A DNA stretch of 64,000 nt, taken from positions 96,001-160,000 of the forward strand of contig CAVWWD010000004.1 in assembly GCA_963758635.1 (NCBI GenBank), in the 5' to 3' direction. This DNA comes from an uncultured Candidatus Rokubacteria bacterium. GTDB taxonomy: Bacteria > Methylomirabilota > Methylomirabilia > Rokubacteriales > CSP1-6. A model generated the notes under the pieces. It saw only the letters and a program-made list of their open reading frames with translations, was not told the DNA's origin and searched no databases. The number at the start of each line of letters is the position of its first letter. The first letter of the stretch is position 1. The position numbers were made by a program, and so were the translations under genes. This document shows, in pieces, positions 42,636 to 52,891 of the stretch.

Positions 42636-43325
42636 ATGACGCGGTTCGTGAAGGCTGATCCGTACCCGTGGCCGTACGACGGCGACCTCCGGCCGGAGAA
42701 CACCGCGCTGCTGGTGATCGACATGCAGACGGACTTCTGCGGCAAGGGCGGCTACGTGGACACGATGGGCTACGACCTCTCGCTCACGCGCGCGCCGATC
42801 GAGCCGATCCGCGCCGTGCTCGCCGCCGCGCGGGCCGCCGGGCTCCACGTGATCCACACGCGCGAGGGGCATCGACCGGACCTGTCCGACCTGCCCGCCA
42901 ACAAGCGCTGGCGATCGCGGCGCATCGGCGCCGGGATCGGCGACCCGGGGCCGTGCGGCCGCATCCTCGTGCGCGGCGAGCCGGGCTGGGAGATCATCCC
43001 GGAGCTCGCGCCCGCGCCGGGCGAGACCGTCATCGACAAGCCGGGCAAGGGCTCGTTCTGCGCCACCGACCTCGAGCTGATCCTGCGCACGCGCGGCGTG
43101 ACGAACCTGGTCCTCACCGGCATCACCACCGACGTGTGCGTGCACACCACCATGCGCGAGGCCAACGACCGCGGCTTCGAGTGCCTGCTCCTCGAGGACG
43201 GCACCGGCGCCACCGACCTCGGCAACCACCGCGCCGCCGTCAAGATGGTCACCATGCAGGGCGGCGTCTTCGGCGCCGTCGGACGCTCGGCCGACGTCGT
43301 CGCCGCGCTCCAGGGGCTCGCGTGA
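42636..43325 (+). CDS. biuH: Biuret hydrolase (isochorismatase-family cysteine hydrolase)
   Basis: [70 protein letters not shown]. Confidence 0.85.
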   Translation: MTRFVKADPYPWPYDGDLRPENTALLVIDMQTDFCGKGGYVDTMGYDLSLTRAPIEPIRAVLAAARAAGLHVIHTREGHRPDLSDLPANKRWRSRRIGAGIGDPGPCGRILVRGEPGWEIIPELAPAPGETVIDKPGKGSFCATDLELILRTRGVTNLVLTGITTDVCVHTTMREANDRGFECLLLEDGTGATDLGNHRAAVKMVTMQGGVFGAVGRSADVVAALQGLA

Positions 43326-44854
43326 CGGCAGGCGCGCTCGAGCTCGAGGTCGTCGGCCTCACCAAGCGCTTCGGCGGCCTCACCGCGCTGGACGACGTCT
43401 CGCTCCGGGTCGAGGCCGGCGCGTTTCACGCGCTGCTCGGCGAGAACGGCGCGGGCAAGAGCACGCTCGTGAAGTGCGTGGTCGGCTACCAGCGCGCCGA
43501 CGCGGGGGCGGTGCTGGTGGGCCGGCGCGAGCGCGACATCCGGTCCCCGGCCGACGCCCACGCGCTCGGCATCGGCATGGTGTACCAGCACTTCACGCTG
43601 GTGCCGAGCATGACGGTGGCCGAGAACCTCGTCATGGCCCGCGACGACGTGCCCCTGCGCGTCAGGTGGCGGCAGGAGCGCGAGCGCCTGGCCGCGTTCA
43701 TGACCACCGTGCCGTTCGCCGTGGACCTGGACCGGCCGGCGTGGCAGCTCGCCGCCGGCGAGAAGCAGAAGGTCGAGATCCTCAAGCAGCTCTATCTGAA
43801 GCGCCGGCTCGTGATCCTCGACGAGCCCACGTCCGTTCTCACGCCCGCCGAGGCCGACGAGGTGCTGGGCATGCTCCACGCGATGACCCGCGCCGGCGAG
43901 GTCACCGTGCTGATGATCACCCACAAGTTCCGCGAGGTCATGGCGTTCGCCGACGCCGTGTCCGTGCTGCGCCGCGGGCGCCTGGCCGGCGAAGGGCGCG
44001 TCGCCGACCTCACGCCGGCGCGCCTGGCGGAGATGATGGTGGGAGCGCGCGAGATCCCCGAGGCCCACGCCGCGCGCGCGAACGGCCGGGACCCCGGCCG
44101 CGCGCCGCGCCTGGTGGTGGAAGAGCTGGTGGTCGACAACGACGGCGGGCTCGTCGCCGTGGATCGCGTCTCGCTGGCCGTCCGGCCGGGGGAGATCGTG
44201 GGCATCGCTGGCGTCTCCGGCAACGGCCAGCGCGAGCTGGTCGAGACGCTCATCGGCCAGCGCGTTCCCGTGTCCGGGCAGGTGAGCGTGGACGGCCGAC
44301 CGTATCGCGCGACCCGCGGGGCCATCCGGTTCCACGGGGCGTTCAGCCTGCCCGAGGAGCCGTTCCGGAACGCCTGCGTGCCGGGGATGACGGTGGCCGA
44401 GAACATGGCGCTCCGGAACTTCGACCGGCCGCCGCTCGCCGCGGGGCCGTGGCTCCGGCGTGGCGCCCTGCGCGACCAGGCCGCCCGGTGGATCGCCGCC
44501 TTCAAGGTGAAGGCGGACGGGCCCGAGGCGCCCATGGCCACGCTGTCCGGCGGCAACGTGCAGCGTGCCGTGCTCGCGCGCGAGCTGTCCGAGGCGGTCT
44601 CGGTGCTCATCGCCGCCAACCCGGTGTTCGGGCTCGACTTCGCCGCGGTGGCGGAGATCCACGAGCGGATCCTCGCCGCGCGCAACGACGGCGCGGCCGT
44701 GCTGCTCGTGAGCGAGGACCTGGACGAGCTGCTCGCCCTGTCCGACCGGATCGTGGTGATGTTCGACGGCCGCATCGTCCACGAGACCGCGATCGAGGCC
44801 GCCGACATCGCGGTGATCGGTCCCGCCATGGCCGGCCACGCCGGAGCGGCCTGA
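43322..44854 (+). CDS. ABC transporter ATP-binding protein (duplicated ATPase)
   Basis: [41 protein letters not shown]. Confidence 0.93.
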   Translation: MTAGALELEVVGLTKRFGGLTALDDVSLRVEAGAFHALLGENGAGKSTLVKCVVGYQRADAGAVLVGRRERDIRSPADAHALGIGMVYQHFTLVPSMTVAENLVMARDDVPLRVRWRQERERLAAFMTTVPFAVDLDRPAWQLAAGEKQKVEILKQLYLKRRLVILDEPTSVLTPAEADEVLGMLHAMTRAGEVTVLMITHKFREVMAFADAVSVLRRGRLAGEGRVADLTPARLAEMMVGAREIPEAHAARANGRDPGRAPRLVVEELVVDNDGGLVAVDRVSLAVRPGEIVGIAGVSGNGQRELVETLIGQRVPVSGQVSVDGRPYRATRGAIRFHGAFSLPEEPFRNACVPGMTVAENMALRNFDRPPLAAGPWLRRGALRDQAARWIAAFKVKADGPEAPMATLSGGNVQRAVLARELSEAVSVLIAANPVFGLDFAAVAEIHERILAARNDGAAVLLVSEDLDELLALSDRIVVMFDGRIVHETAIEAADIAVIGPAMAGHAGAA

Positions 44855-44858
44855 GCCC

Positions 44859-45521
44859 ATGCCGGACGTCTCCGCGCGCCCGTATCCCTACGCTTTCGAG
44901 CCGTCCAGCACGGCGCTCGTCGTGATCGACATGCAGCGCGACTTCGTGGAGCCCGGCGGCTTCGGCGAGGCGCTCGGCAACGACGTGAGCCGGCTCGCCG
45001 CGATCGTGCCCACGGTGGCCGCGCTCATCGGCTGGGCGCGCGCTCACGGCATCCGCGTCATCCACACGCGCGAGGGCCATCGCCCCGACCTGGCCGACTG
45101 TCCGCCGGCCAAGCTCCGCCGTGGCGCGCCCACCCTGCGCATCGGCGCTCCTGGTCCCATGGGACGGATCCTCGTCGACGGCGAGCCCGGCAACGACATC
45201 GTGCCCGCCTGCGCGCCCGCTCCGGGGGAGACGGTGATCGTGAAGCCGGGGAAGGGCGCCTTCTGGGCCACGGGCCTCCACGACCTGCTTCGCGGCCACG
45301 GCGTCACGCACCTCATCGTGGCCGGCGTGACCACCGAGGTGTGCGTGCAGACGACGATGCGCGAGGCCAACGACCGCGGGTACGAGTGCCTCCTGGTCGA
45401 GGACGCCACCGAGAGCTACTTCGCGGCCTTCAAGGAGGCCACGCTCGACATGGTGCGGGCGCAGGGCGGCATCGTGGGCTGGACGGCGCCCTTCGCGGCG
45501 GTGCGCGCGGCGTTGCCGTAG
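44859..45521 (+). CDS. trtA: Triuret hydrolase-like cysteine hydrolase
   Basis: [64 protein letters not shown] match the TrtA-type pattern. Confidence 0.8.
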   Translation: MPDVSARPYPYAFEPSSTALVVIDMQRDFVEPGGFGEALGNDVSRLAAIVPTVAALIGWARAHGIRVIHTREGHRPDLADCPPAKLRRGAPTLRIGAPGPMGRILVDGEPGNDIVPACAPAPGETVIVKPGKGAFWATGLHDLLRGHGVTHLIVAGVTTEVCVQTTMREANDRGYECLLVEDATESYFAAFKEATLDMVRAQGGIVGWTAPFAAVRAALP

Positions 45522-45626
45522 CGTTCCGTCCCGCCGTCGTGGGATGCTCGGGGGCACCGTGCGCCGCCCGAATCGCCGGCTCCCTCGTCCTCGTCGTCTG
45601 CGCCGCCGAGCGCTCCCCGTGAGCCC

Positions 45627-46445
45627 GTGACCATGCCTCCCGCCGCACGTGAAGGGCACGTGCCCGTCCCCGGCGCGCGCCTCTGGCATCTCGACACGGG
45701 TGGAACCGGCCCCGCCGTCGTCCTGATGCACGCGGCCACGGGGAGCGCGCGCGTGTGGGAGCATCAGCTTCCCGCGTTCACGGGCGCCGGGCATCGCGTG
45801 ATCGCGTTCGACCGGCGCGGGTGGGGACGCACCCTGATCGATGACTCCGGCCCCCAGCCCGGCACCGCGGCGGACGATCTCCACGCCCTCGTCGACCATC
45901 TCGGTATCGACCGTTTCCACCTCGTGGGCACCGCGGCCGGTGGCATCTCGGCGCTGGACTTCGCGGTGTCGTTCCCGCGGCGGCTGCGGAGCCTCGTCGT
46001 CGCCAACAGCATCGGGGGCGTCCAGGACCCGGAGTACCTCGCGCTGGGCCGGAGGTTGCGGCCGCCCGAGTTCGAGGCGCTGCCACCGGAGCTGCGCGAG
46101 CTGGGGCCGGCCTATCGCGCCGCCGAACCGGAGGGCACGCGGCGCTGGATCGAGCTGGAGCAGGTGAGCCGGCCCGCCGGGCCGCGCGCCGCCGCGCAGC
46201 CCACGCGAAACCGCCTGACGTTCGCGCTGCTCGAGACGCTCGCCGTGCCCACGCTCTTCCTCACCGGCGGCGCCGACCTCTACTCACCGCCTCCCGTGGT
46301 CGCGCTGTTCGCGGCCCGGGTCCCCGGTGCCCAGTCGCTGACGGTGCCCGACGTCGGGCACTCGGCCTACTGGGAGCGGCCCGACGTGTTCAACGCCTCC
46401 GTGCTGGGCTTCGTCGGCCGGCACCAGGCGATTGAGCTAGCATGA
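45627..46445 (+). CDS. Alpha/beta hydrolase fold protein
   Basis: VVLMHA, FDRRGWG, LVGTAAGG (Ala at the usual nucleophile Ser position), VGHSAYWE. Confidence 0.85.
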   Translation: MTMPPAAREGHVPVPGARLWHLDTGGTGPAVVLMHAATGSARVWEHQLPAFTGAGHRVIAFDRRGWGRTLIDDSGPQPGTAADDLHALVDHLGIDRFHLVGTAAGGISALDFAVSFPRRLRSLVVANSIGGVQDPEYLALGRRLRPPEFEALPPELRELGPAYRAAEPEGTRRWIELEQVSRPAGPRAAAQPTRNRLTFALLETLAVPTLFLTGGADLYSPPPVVALFAARVPGAQSLTVPDVGHSAYWERPDVFNASVLGFVGRHQAIELA

Positions 46446-46488
46446 ACGTCATGCTCGGCATCGACGGGCGAAGCTCGGTGGAGACGGC

Positions 46489-48147
46489 GTGGACCGCGTG
46501 ACGCTCGAGGTGATCGGGGCGGCGCTCCTCGGCATCGCCGAGGAGATGGGCGTCGCCCTCATCAAGTCGTCGTACTCGACCAACATCAAGGAGCGGCAGG
46601 ACTGCTCCACCGCCATCTTCGACGCGCGCGGCGAGGTCATCGCGCAGGCCGAGCACATCCCCATGCATCTCGGCTCGCTGCTCGGCGTGGTGCGCGAGAT
46701 CCTCGCGCGCTACCCCGCCGAGGGCCTGGCCGCGGGGGACGTGTTCGTGTCGAACGATCCCTACACGGGCGGCGGCACGCATCTGCCCGACATCAACCTG
46801 GTGAGCCCGGTGTTCGCGGACGGGGCGCTCTTCGGCTTCGTCGCCAACATCGCGCACCACGCCGACCGGAGCGGCGAGCGCATCCGCACGATCTGGGACG
46901 AGGGCCTCCGCATCACGCCCATCCGCCTGGTCGCCGCCGGCGAGATCTGCGAGGACGTGATGGAGCTGCTCCTCGCCAACTTCGCGCTGCCCGCCGAGCG
47001 GCGCGGGGACTTCCGGGCCCAGATCGCGGCCAACCGCCTCGGCGAGCGGCGGCTCGGCGAGCTGATCGCGCGCTACGGGGCCGGCGCGGTGCGCGCGGCG
47101 TGCGAGGAATCGCTGGCCTACGGCGAGCGCAAGATCCGCGCCGCCATCGCGGCGCTGCCCGACGGCGTGTACCGCTTCGCCGACGCCATGGACGACGACG
47201 GCGTGACGCCCGGGGCCATTCCCATCGCCGTTGCCATCACCAAGCGCGGCGACGCGATGTCGCTCGACTTCGCGGGCAGCGGGCCCCAGTGCGCGGGCGA
47301 CATCAACGTGGTCTACTTCGCGCTCCTCGCCACCGTGTACTACGCGCTCAAGGCCGTGCTGGACCCGACCGTCCCCGCCAACGGCGGCTTCTACCGGGCC
47401 ATCGAGGTCACGGCGCCCGAGGGCAGCATCGTCAACGCGCGGCCGCCCGCGCCGGTGGCGTGGCGGACGCAGACCTGCCAGCGCATCGCCGACGTGGTGC
47501 TGGGCGCGCTCGCGCAGGTGGTGCCGGAGCGTGTGCCCGCGGCCGGCAACGGCGCCAACTGCGCGATGGTCTTCTCCGGCACCCATCCGCGGACGGGCGC
47601 GCTCTACGTGTACCTGGAGACGCTCGCGGGCGGGGCGGGGGCCACCGCGGGCGGCGACGGGCCCGACGCCGTGCAGGTCCACGTGACCAACACGTCGAAC
47701 CTGCCGGTGGAGGCGCTCGAGTCGGAGTATCCGCTGCTGGTGAACGAGTACGCGCTGGTCGAGGGGAGCGGGGGCGCGGGCCGGCACCGGGGCGGCCTGG
47801 GCCTTCGCCGCACCATCGAGGTGCTGGACCACGACGCCCGCTTCCTCGGCACCACCGAGCGCGCGCGGGTGGCGCCCTGGGGGCTCTGCGGGGGTGGGCC
47901 CGGTGGCCTCGCGCGGCTCGTGCTCAACCCGGGCGGCGCGGGCGAGCAGGAGCTGCCCCCGAAGGTGTGGGGCCATCCGCTCCGCGCCGGCGACCGCGTG
48001 GCCATCGACACGCCCGGCGCGGGCGGGTACGGGCCACCCGAGGAGCGCGCCGCCGCGGACCGAGAGGACGACGACCGGAACGGCATCGCCCCGGCCGAGA
48101 GCCGGTCCCGCCCCCGCCGCGCGATCCCGCGGAGCAGCGCCCCTTGA
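46489..48147 (+). CDS. Hydantoinase B/oxoprolinase family subunit
   Basis: DRVTLEV, SSYSTNIKERQDCSTA, HIPMHLGS, NDPYTGGGTHLPD, NLPVEALE, TPGAGGYG. Confidence 0.92.
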   Translation: MDRVTLEVIGAALLGIAEEMGVALIKSSYSTNIKERQDCSTAIFDARGEVIAQAEHIPMHLGSLLGVVREILARYPAEGLAAGDVFVSNDPYTGGGTHLPDINLVSPVFADGALFGFVANIAHHADRSGERIRTIWDEGLRITPIRLVAAGEICEDVMELLLANFALPAERRGDFRAQIAANRLGERRLGELIARYGAGAVRAACEESLAYGERKIRAAIAALPDGVYRFADAMDDDGVTPGAIPIAVAITKRGDAMSLDFAGSGPQCAGDINVVYFALLATVYYALKAVLDPTVPANGGFYRAIEVTAPEGSIVNARPPAPVAWRTQTCQRIADVVLGALAQVVPERVPAAGNGANCAMVFSGTHPRTGALYVYLETLAGGAGATAGGDGPDAVQVHVTNTSNLPVEALESEYPLLVNEYALVEGSGGAGRHRGGLGLRRTIEVLDHDARFLGTTERARVAPWGLCGGGPGGLARLVLNPGGAGEQELPPKVWGHPLRAGDRVAIDTPGAGGYGPPEERAAADREDDDRNGIAPAESRSRPRRAIPRSSAP

Positions 48148-48338
48148 CACAAGGGCGCGCGCCGCTCAGGCTCGAAGACGCTGGCCGGATCGCTCCATGA
48201 ACCGTCACGACGTCGCTGCGCGCGTCGCCTCGGCCTGCCCGAGGGCATGGCCCCGCCCGCCCCCACCACGCCCCGTCCCTCAGGTCGTCCGTGTCCACGG
48301 GATGCAGCGTCGCAGTTCCCTTCACGGGAGGACGGACC

Positions 48339-49841
48339 ATGCCCCACTACCTGAGTGACGAGGAGCTCCGGAGGACGGCGCCGGCCGAGACCGCGTCGTT
48401 CCCGTCCCCGATCCCGACCCAGATCGTCTCCAACGGCGAGTTCAACCCGCTGCCGCAGACGACCGAGCAGCGGCGCGTGGAGCACCGCATCGCCGAGCTC
48501 GCCGGCACGCTCGGCCGGCGCCACGGCATGACCCGTCGCCGCTTCCTGGCCTCGAGCGCCGGCATGGCCGCCGCGTTCCTCGCCATGAACGAGGTGTACG
48601 GCCGCGTCTTCGACGTGGAGACCGCGGAAGCCGCGTCACCCGGCGTGGCCGACACGCGGGCGAAGGGCCTGGCCGGCCAGCCGATCATCGACGTGCAGAC
48701 GCACTTCGTCCGTGACGACTTCAACCAGGCGGGCCTGCTCGACCTGGCCAAGTACGCCAAGCAGCACTGGCACCCCACCCTCGCCGGCGAGTCGAGCCTC
48801 GCGCGCTACAAGTTCGAGAACTACGTGAAGGAGGTCTTCGTCGACAGCGACACGAAGATCGCGCTCCTCTCCGGGGCGCCCTTCGACGACCGGACGTGGG
48901 ATCTGCTCACCAACGACCAGATCGCGGCGGCGCGCGCGGCCATCAACAAGATCGCCGGCTCGCGGCGCCTGCTCGGCCACGCCGTGTTCACGCCCAAGCG
49001 CGCGGGCTGGATGGAAGAGGTGGACCGGGCCATCGCCACGCTCAAGCCCGACAGCTGGAAGGGCTACACCATCGGCGATCCGCTCTTTCCGTCCAAGGAG
49101 CAGTCGTACTGGTGGCTGGACGACGACAAGCTGATGTACCCGTTCTACGAGAAGATCATCAAGTCCGGCATCCGCACCGTCTGCGTCCACAAGGGCCTGC
49201 TGCCCGCGGACTACGAGACCTCGTGGCCGGGGGTGTGGGAGTACGCCACCGTCAAGGACGTGGGCAAGGCGGCCAAGGACTTCCCGCAGGTGAACTTCGT
49301 CATGTACCACGGCGCCCTGCGCGCTTTCCTCGAGACGCCAGACGCCGTGCTCAAGGAGTTCCAGGACACCGGCCGCATCAAGTGGGCTACCGATCTCGCG
49401 GAGATCCCGGCCAAGTTCGGCGTCAAGAACGTGTACGCGGAGATCGGGACGGCCTTCGCCAACTCCGCGGTGGCGAACCCGCGCTTCGCGGCGGCGTTCG
49501 TGGGCACGCTCGTGCGCGGCATGGGCGCGGACCACGTGCTGTGGGGCAGCGACTCCGTCTGGTACGGCTCGCCGCAGTGGCAGATCGAGGCGCTGCGCCG
49601 CCTCGAGATCCCGGCCGACATGGCCAAGCAGCACAACTTCGCCCCGCTGGGGCCGGCCACGGGGAAGGTCAAGACCGCCATCTTCTCCGGCAACGCCTCC
49701 CGCCTCTATGGGATCCGGCCCCAGACGGCGCTGGGCGAGATCCGGCAGGACCAGATCGCGGCCATCAAGGCCGAGTACGCGGACATGGGCGGCATGCGCA
49801 CCAACGCGCGCTACGGCTACGTGGCGCGGCCGCGCGCCTGA
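48339..49841 (+). CDS. Amidohydrolase family protein with internal twin-arginine motif
   Basis: GGGAGG RBS; IIDVQTHF, WKGYT, CVHKG, YHG, LWGSDSVWYGSPQWQI. Confidence 0.88.
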   Translation: MPHYLSDEELRRTAPAETASFPSPIPTQIVSNGEFNPLPQTTEQRRVEHRIAELAGTLGRRHGMTRRRFLASSAGMAAAFLAMNEVYGRVFDVETAEAASPGVADTRAKGLAGQPIIDVQTHFVRDDFNQAGLLDLAKYAKQHWHPTLAGESSLARYKFENYVKEVFVDSDTKIALLSGAPFDDRTWDLLTNDQIAAARAAINKIAGSRRLLGHAVFTPKRAGWMEEVDRAIATLKPDSWKGYTIGDPLFPSKEQSYWWLDDDKLMYPFYEKIIKSGIRTVCVHKGLLPADYETSWPGVWEYATVKDVGKAAKDFPQVNFVMYHGALRAFLETPDAVLKEFQDTGRIKWATDLAEIPAKFGVKNVYAEIGTAFANSAVANPRFAAAFVGTLVRGMGADHVLWGSDSVWYGSPQWQIEALRRLEIPADMAKQHNFAPLGPATGKVKTAIFSGNASRLYGIRPQTALGEIRQDQIAAIKAEYADMGGMRTNARYGYVARPRA

Positions 49842-49892
49842 GCGCGGAAGCGACCGGGACGTCGGGGCCCGGCGGCTCGCGCCGGGCTCCGC

Positions 49893-49942
49893 TCGTCGGT
49901 GTTCCCAGCGCGCTCATTCGTCGGTGTTCCCAGCGCGCTCAT
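49893..49942 (+). repeat. Perfect 25-bp tandem duplication
   Basis: TCGTCGGTGTTCCCAGCGCGCTCAT x2. Confidence 0.9.
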
Positions 49943-49944
49943 TC

Positions 49945-50094
49945 CAGGGGCGGCGGGTGGGGGCCCGGGGTCGCGGGGCGACGTTGCACGCGTGCGCTGC
50001 CCCGCTGGGACTGGGCTCCATCCGGGCGCGCGGGGTCCGAGGCCGGTTGGAGGGGAAGCACCCCTCGACCCCGGGCCCCCACCCACCGCCCCTG
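49945..50094 (-). repeat. Structured intergenic repeat, family X copy 2 (inverted)
   Basis: 29-bp terminal inverted arms (28/29) around the core shared with 14080-14224. Confidence 0.85.
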
Positions 50095-50200
50095 CCGGCG
50101 CGCTGTTGACTGCACGGCTCGGAATTCGCCCCCACTTGCCGTCGCCGGGGTTCGCTCCTCGCCTTGACTTGCCCCTCGCCCTCGCGCCATCCTCCGCCGC

Positions 50201-50953
50201 ATGGACCTCGAGCTTCGCGACCGTACCGCCGTAGTGACCGGATGCAGCGTGGGCATCGGCAGGGAGATCGCGCGGGTGCTTGCCGGCGAGGGGGTGACGT
50301 GCCTGGTCGTCGCGCGGCGTGGCGACCTCCTGAAGACGCTCCAGGACGAGATCGAGGCCGCGGGCTGGCCGCGCCCGCACGCGCGGGCGATCGACCTCGC
50401 GGACCGCGCGTCGGTCCCCGCGCTCCGCGACGAGGCCCTCGCGCGTCTGGGCCGCGTGGACATCCTGGTGAACAACGCGGGCGGCTCGCGGCCCACCGCG
50501 GTGGACGCGCCCGATCCCATCTGGGACGAGTCGTTCGCGATCAACTTCAGCGCCGTCCGCCGTCTCACGCAGGCGCTCCTGCCGGGCATGATCGAGCGCC
50601 GCTGGGGCCGCATCCTGAACGTCACCGGCTCGTCCGAGCCCTCGGGCACCAACGCGGCCGGCCCGGCCAAGGCGGCCGTCCATGCGTGGGCGAAGGGGCT
50701 CTCCCGCGACGTGGGCCGTCACGGCATCACCGTGAACTGCCTCGCGCCCGGGCGCATCCACAGCGAGCAGATCGACGAGCGCCTGCATCCCACGCCGGAG
50801 AGCCGGGAGCAGTTCGCCCGCCAGATCCCCCTCGGCTACTTCGGCGATCCATCGGACATGGCGTACCTGGTCGCGTTCCTCTGCTCGCCCAAGGCCCGGT
50901 ACATCACCGGCGAACGCATCCACGTGGACGGCGGCCTCCGCCGCGGCTACTGA
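50201..50953 (+). CDS. Short-chain dehydrogenase/reductase
   Basis: VVTGCSVGIG, ILVNNAG, YITGERIHVDGG; the catalytic YxxxK appears as AGPAK (no Tyr). Confidence 0.9.
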   Translation: MDLELRDRTAVVTGCSVGIGREIARVLAGEGVTCLVVARRGDLLKTLQDEIEAAGWPRPHARAIDLADRASVPALRDEALARLGRVDILVNNAGGSRPTAVDAPDPIWDESFAINFSAVRRLTQALLPGMIERRWGRILNVTGSSEPSGTNAAGPAKAAVHAWAKGLSRDVGRHGITVNCLAPGRIHSEQIDERLHPTPESREQFARQIPLGYFGDPSDMAYLVAFLCSPKARYITGERIHVDGGLRRGY

Positions 50954-50979
50954 TCCGAGGCGCCCCGGGGAGGCCCGCC

Positions 50980-52209
50980 ATGCCGAAAGTCAACGAGCAC
51001 TACCAGAGCCTGCGGGCGAGCTATCTCTTCGCGGAGATCCGGAAGCGGACGAAGGCCTTTCGCGACGCGCACCCGGACGTCCGGCTCGTCAACCTCGGCA
51101 TCGGCGACGTGACCCAGCCCCTGCCGCCCGCGGCGATCCGCGCGCTCCACGACGCGACCGACGAGCTGGCGCGCGCCGAGACGTTCAAGGGCTACGGTCC
51201 GTACGCCGGCTACGAGTTCCTGCTGTCCGAGATCGCCGCCCACGACTACGGGGCGCGCGGGATCCGCCTCGGCCCCGACGAGATCTTCGTGTCGGACGGC
51301 GGCAAGAGCGACAGCGCGAACATCCAGGAGATCTTCGCGACGGACTGCGTGGTCGCCCTCATGGACCCCGTCTATCCCGTGTACGCCGACAGCAACGTCG
51401 CGGCGGGACGGTCGGGGCCGGCCGACGAGAGCGGGCGCTACCCGGGCTTCGTCTACCTGTCGTGCACGGCGGACAACGACTTCCGCCCCGCGCTGCCGGA
51501 CGGGCACGTGGACCTGATCTACCTCTGCTACCCGAACAACCCCACCGGCGCCGTCGCGACGCGCGAGGTCCTCGCGCGCTGGGTCGAGTACGCGCACGCC
51601 CACGACGCCACGATCCTGTTCGACGCGGCGTACGAGGCCTACGTGGCCGACCAGGACGTGCCGCGCTCCATCTACGAGATCGACGGCGCGCGCGAGGTGG
51701 CGATCGAGTCGCGGAGCTTCTCGAAGACGGCCGGCTTCACCGGCCTGCGCCTGGCCTACACGGTGGTGCCGAAGGAGGCGCGGGGCCGGGGCGCGGACGG
51801 CTCGGCGCGGAGCCTGAACGCGCTCTGGACACGCCGCGTCGGCATGAAGTCCAACGGGCCGCCGTACGTGATCCAGAAGGCGGCGGCCGCCGTCTACACG
51901 CCGGAAGGGCAGAAGCAGGTGCGCGCGCTCATCGACGGCTACATGGCCAACGCGCGGATCATCGTGGATGGCCTCACCGCGGCCGGCCTCACCGTGTACG
52001 GCGGCCGGAACGCGCCCTACATCTGGCTGCGCACGCCGGGTGGCGGCTCGTCGTGGGACTTCTTCGACCGGATGCTGAACGAGGCCCACGTGCTCGGCGC
52101 GCCGGGCGCCGGCTTCGGCCCGAGCGGCGAGGGCTACTTCCGCCTCACCGCGTTCGGCTCGCGCGCCGACGCGGAGGAGGCGGTGGCGCGCATCCGCGCG
52201 CGGCTGTGA
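50980..52209 (+). CDS. dapL: LL-diaminopimelate aminotransferase
   Basis: SYLFAEI, LGIGDVTQPL, EIFVSDGGK, DPVYPVY, LCYPNNPTG, DAAYEAY, SFSKTAGFTG, PGAGFGPSGEGYFRL. Confidence 0.9.
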   Translation: MPKVNEHYQSLRASYLFAEIRKRTKAFRDAHPDVRLVNLGIGDVTQPLPPAAIRALHDATDELARAETFKGYGPYAGYEFLLSEIAAHDYGARGIRLGPDEIFVSDGGKSDSANIQEIFATDCVVALMDPVYPVYADSNVAAGRSGPADESGRYPGFVYLSCTADNDFRPALPDGHVDLIYLCYPNNPTGAVATREVLARWVEYAHAHDATILFDAAYEAYVADQDVPRSIYEIDGAREVAIESRSFSKTAGFTGLRLAYTVVPKEARGRGADGSARSLNALWTRRVGMKSNGPPYVIQKAAAAVYTPEGQKQVRALIDGYMANARIIVDGLTAAGLTVYGGRNAPYIWLRTPGGGSSWDFFDRMLNEAHVLGAPGAGFGPSGEGYFRLTAFGSRADAEEAVARIRARL

Positions 52210-52233
52210 CCCGCGCCAACGCCCGGCGCATCC

Positions 52234-52887
52234 TCACGGGAACGTGGTGCTCATCCACTGGTTGTAGCTCCGGAGCACCGTAGCGTCCGTGATGTCCAGA
52301 ATGATCTTCGGGAGGAGGAACTGCGCGAGAGGACCCTCCTGGTCGGTCGAAGGGATCCCGCCCATCCGTTCGGAGCGGCGGACCCGTGTCTGGAACTCCT
52401 CCGGCGACGACTCGATGCAGGCCAGCCCGGTGTCCCGATTGAACCGTCGCAGCAGCTCACGCGCGCGCTCCAGGAGCATCTGGTATTGCTGGCCGAACGC
52501 GGCGTTGATCGCCGTGTCGAGGTCGGACAGGAATTCCTTGTCGCGCGCGAGGTCGTACTGGATGGAGTCGAACGGCCGCAGGTCGACGGGAACGTCCTTC
52601 GGCTCATCCTGGGTCAGGAAGAGAACCGGTTTTCCGGCCGCGTGGGCGAGGCCGATCTCGTAGAAGACGTTCGGGTTGCCCCCGGTGATGTCGCCGATGA
52701 TGAGGTCGGCACGGAGGATCTGGTCCCGGATCTTGTCCATCAGGGGCTTCGTCAGGACGGCGGCATCGCCGCGCGCGACTCGGAGGCCGTGGTTCTCCTC
52801 GAGGTGCCGCTGGATGTACAGGTAGAAGAAATTCAGCTCGGGACGGAAGGGCATTGCGACGAAGCAGTACTTGGGCTGCTTCGCCAC
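52234..52887 (-). CDS. Nucleoside 2-deoxyribosyltransferase-like (TIR-like Rossmann) domain protein
   Basis: CFVAMPF, ADLIIGDITGGNPNVFYEIGLAHAAGKPV, PVDLR. Confidence 0.8.
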   Translation of the reverse strand: MAKQPKYCFVAMPFRPELNFFYLYIQRHLEENHGLRVARGDAAVLTKPLMDKIRDQILRADLIIGDITGGNPNVFYEIGLAHAAGKPVLFLTQDEPKDVPVDLRPFDSIQYDLARDKEFLSDLDTAINAAFGQQYQMLLERARELLRRFNRDTGLACIESSPEEFQTRVRRSERMGGIPSTDQEGPLAQFLLPKIILDITDATVLRSYNQWMSTTFP

Positions 52888-52891
52888 GAGG

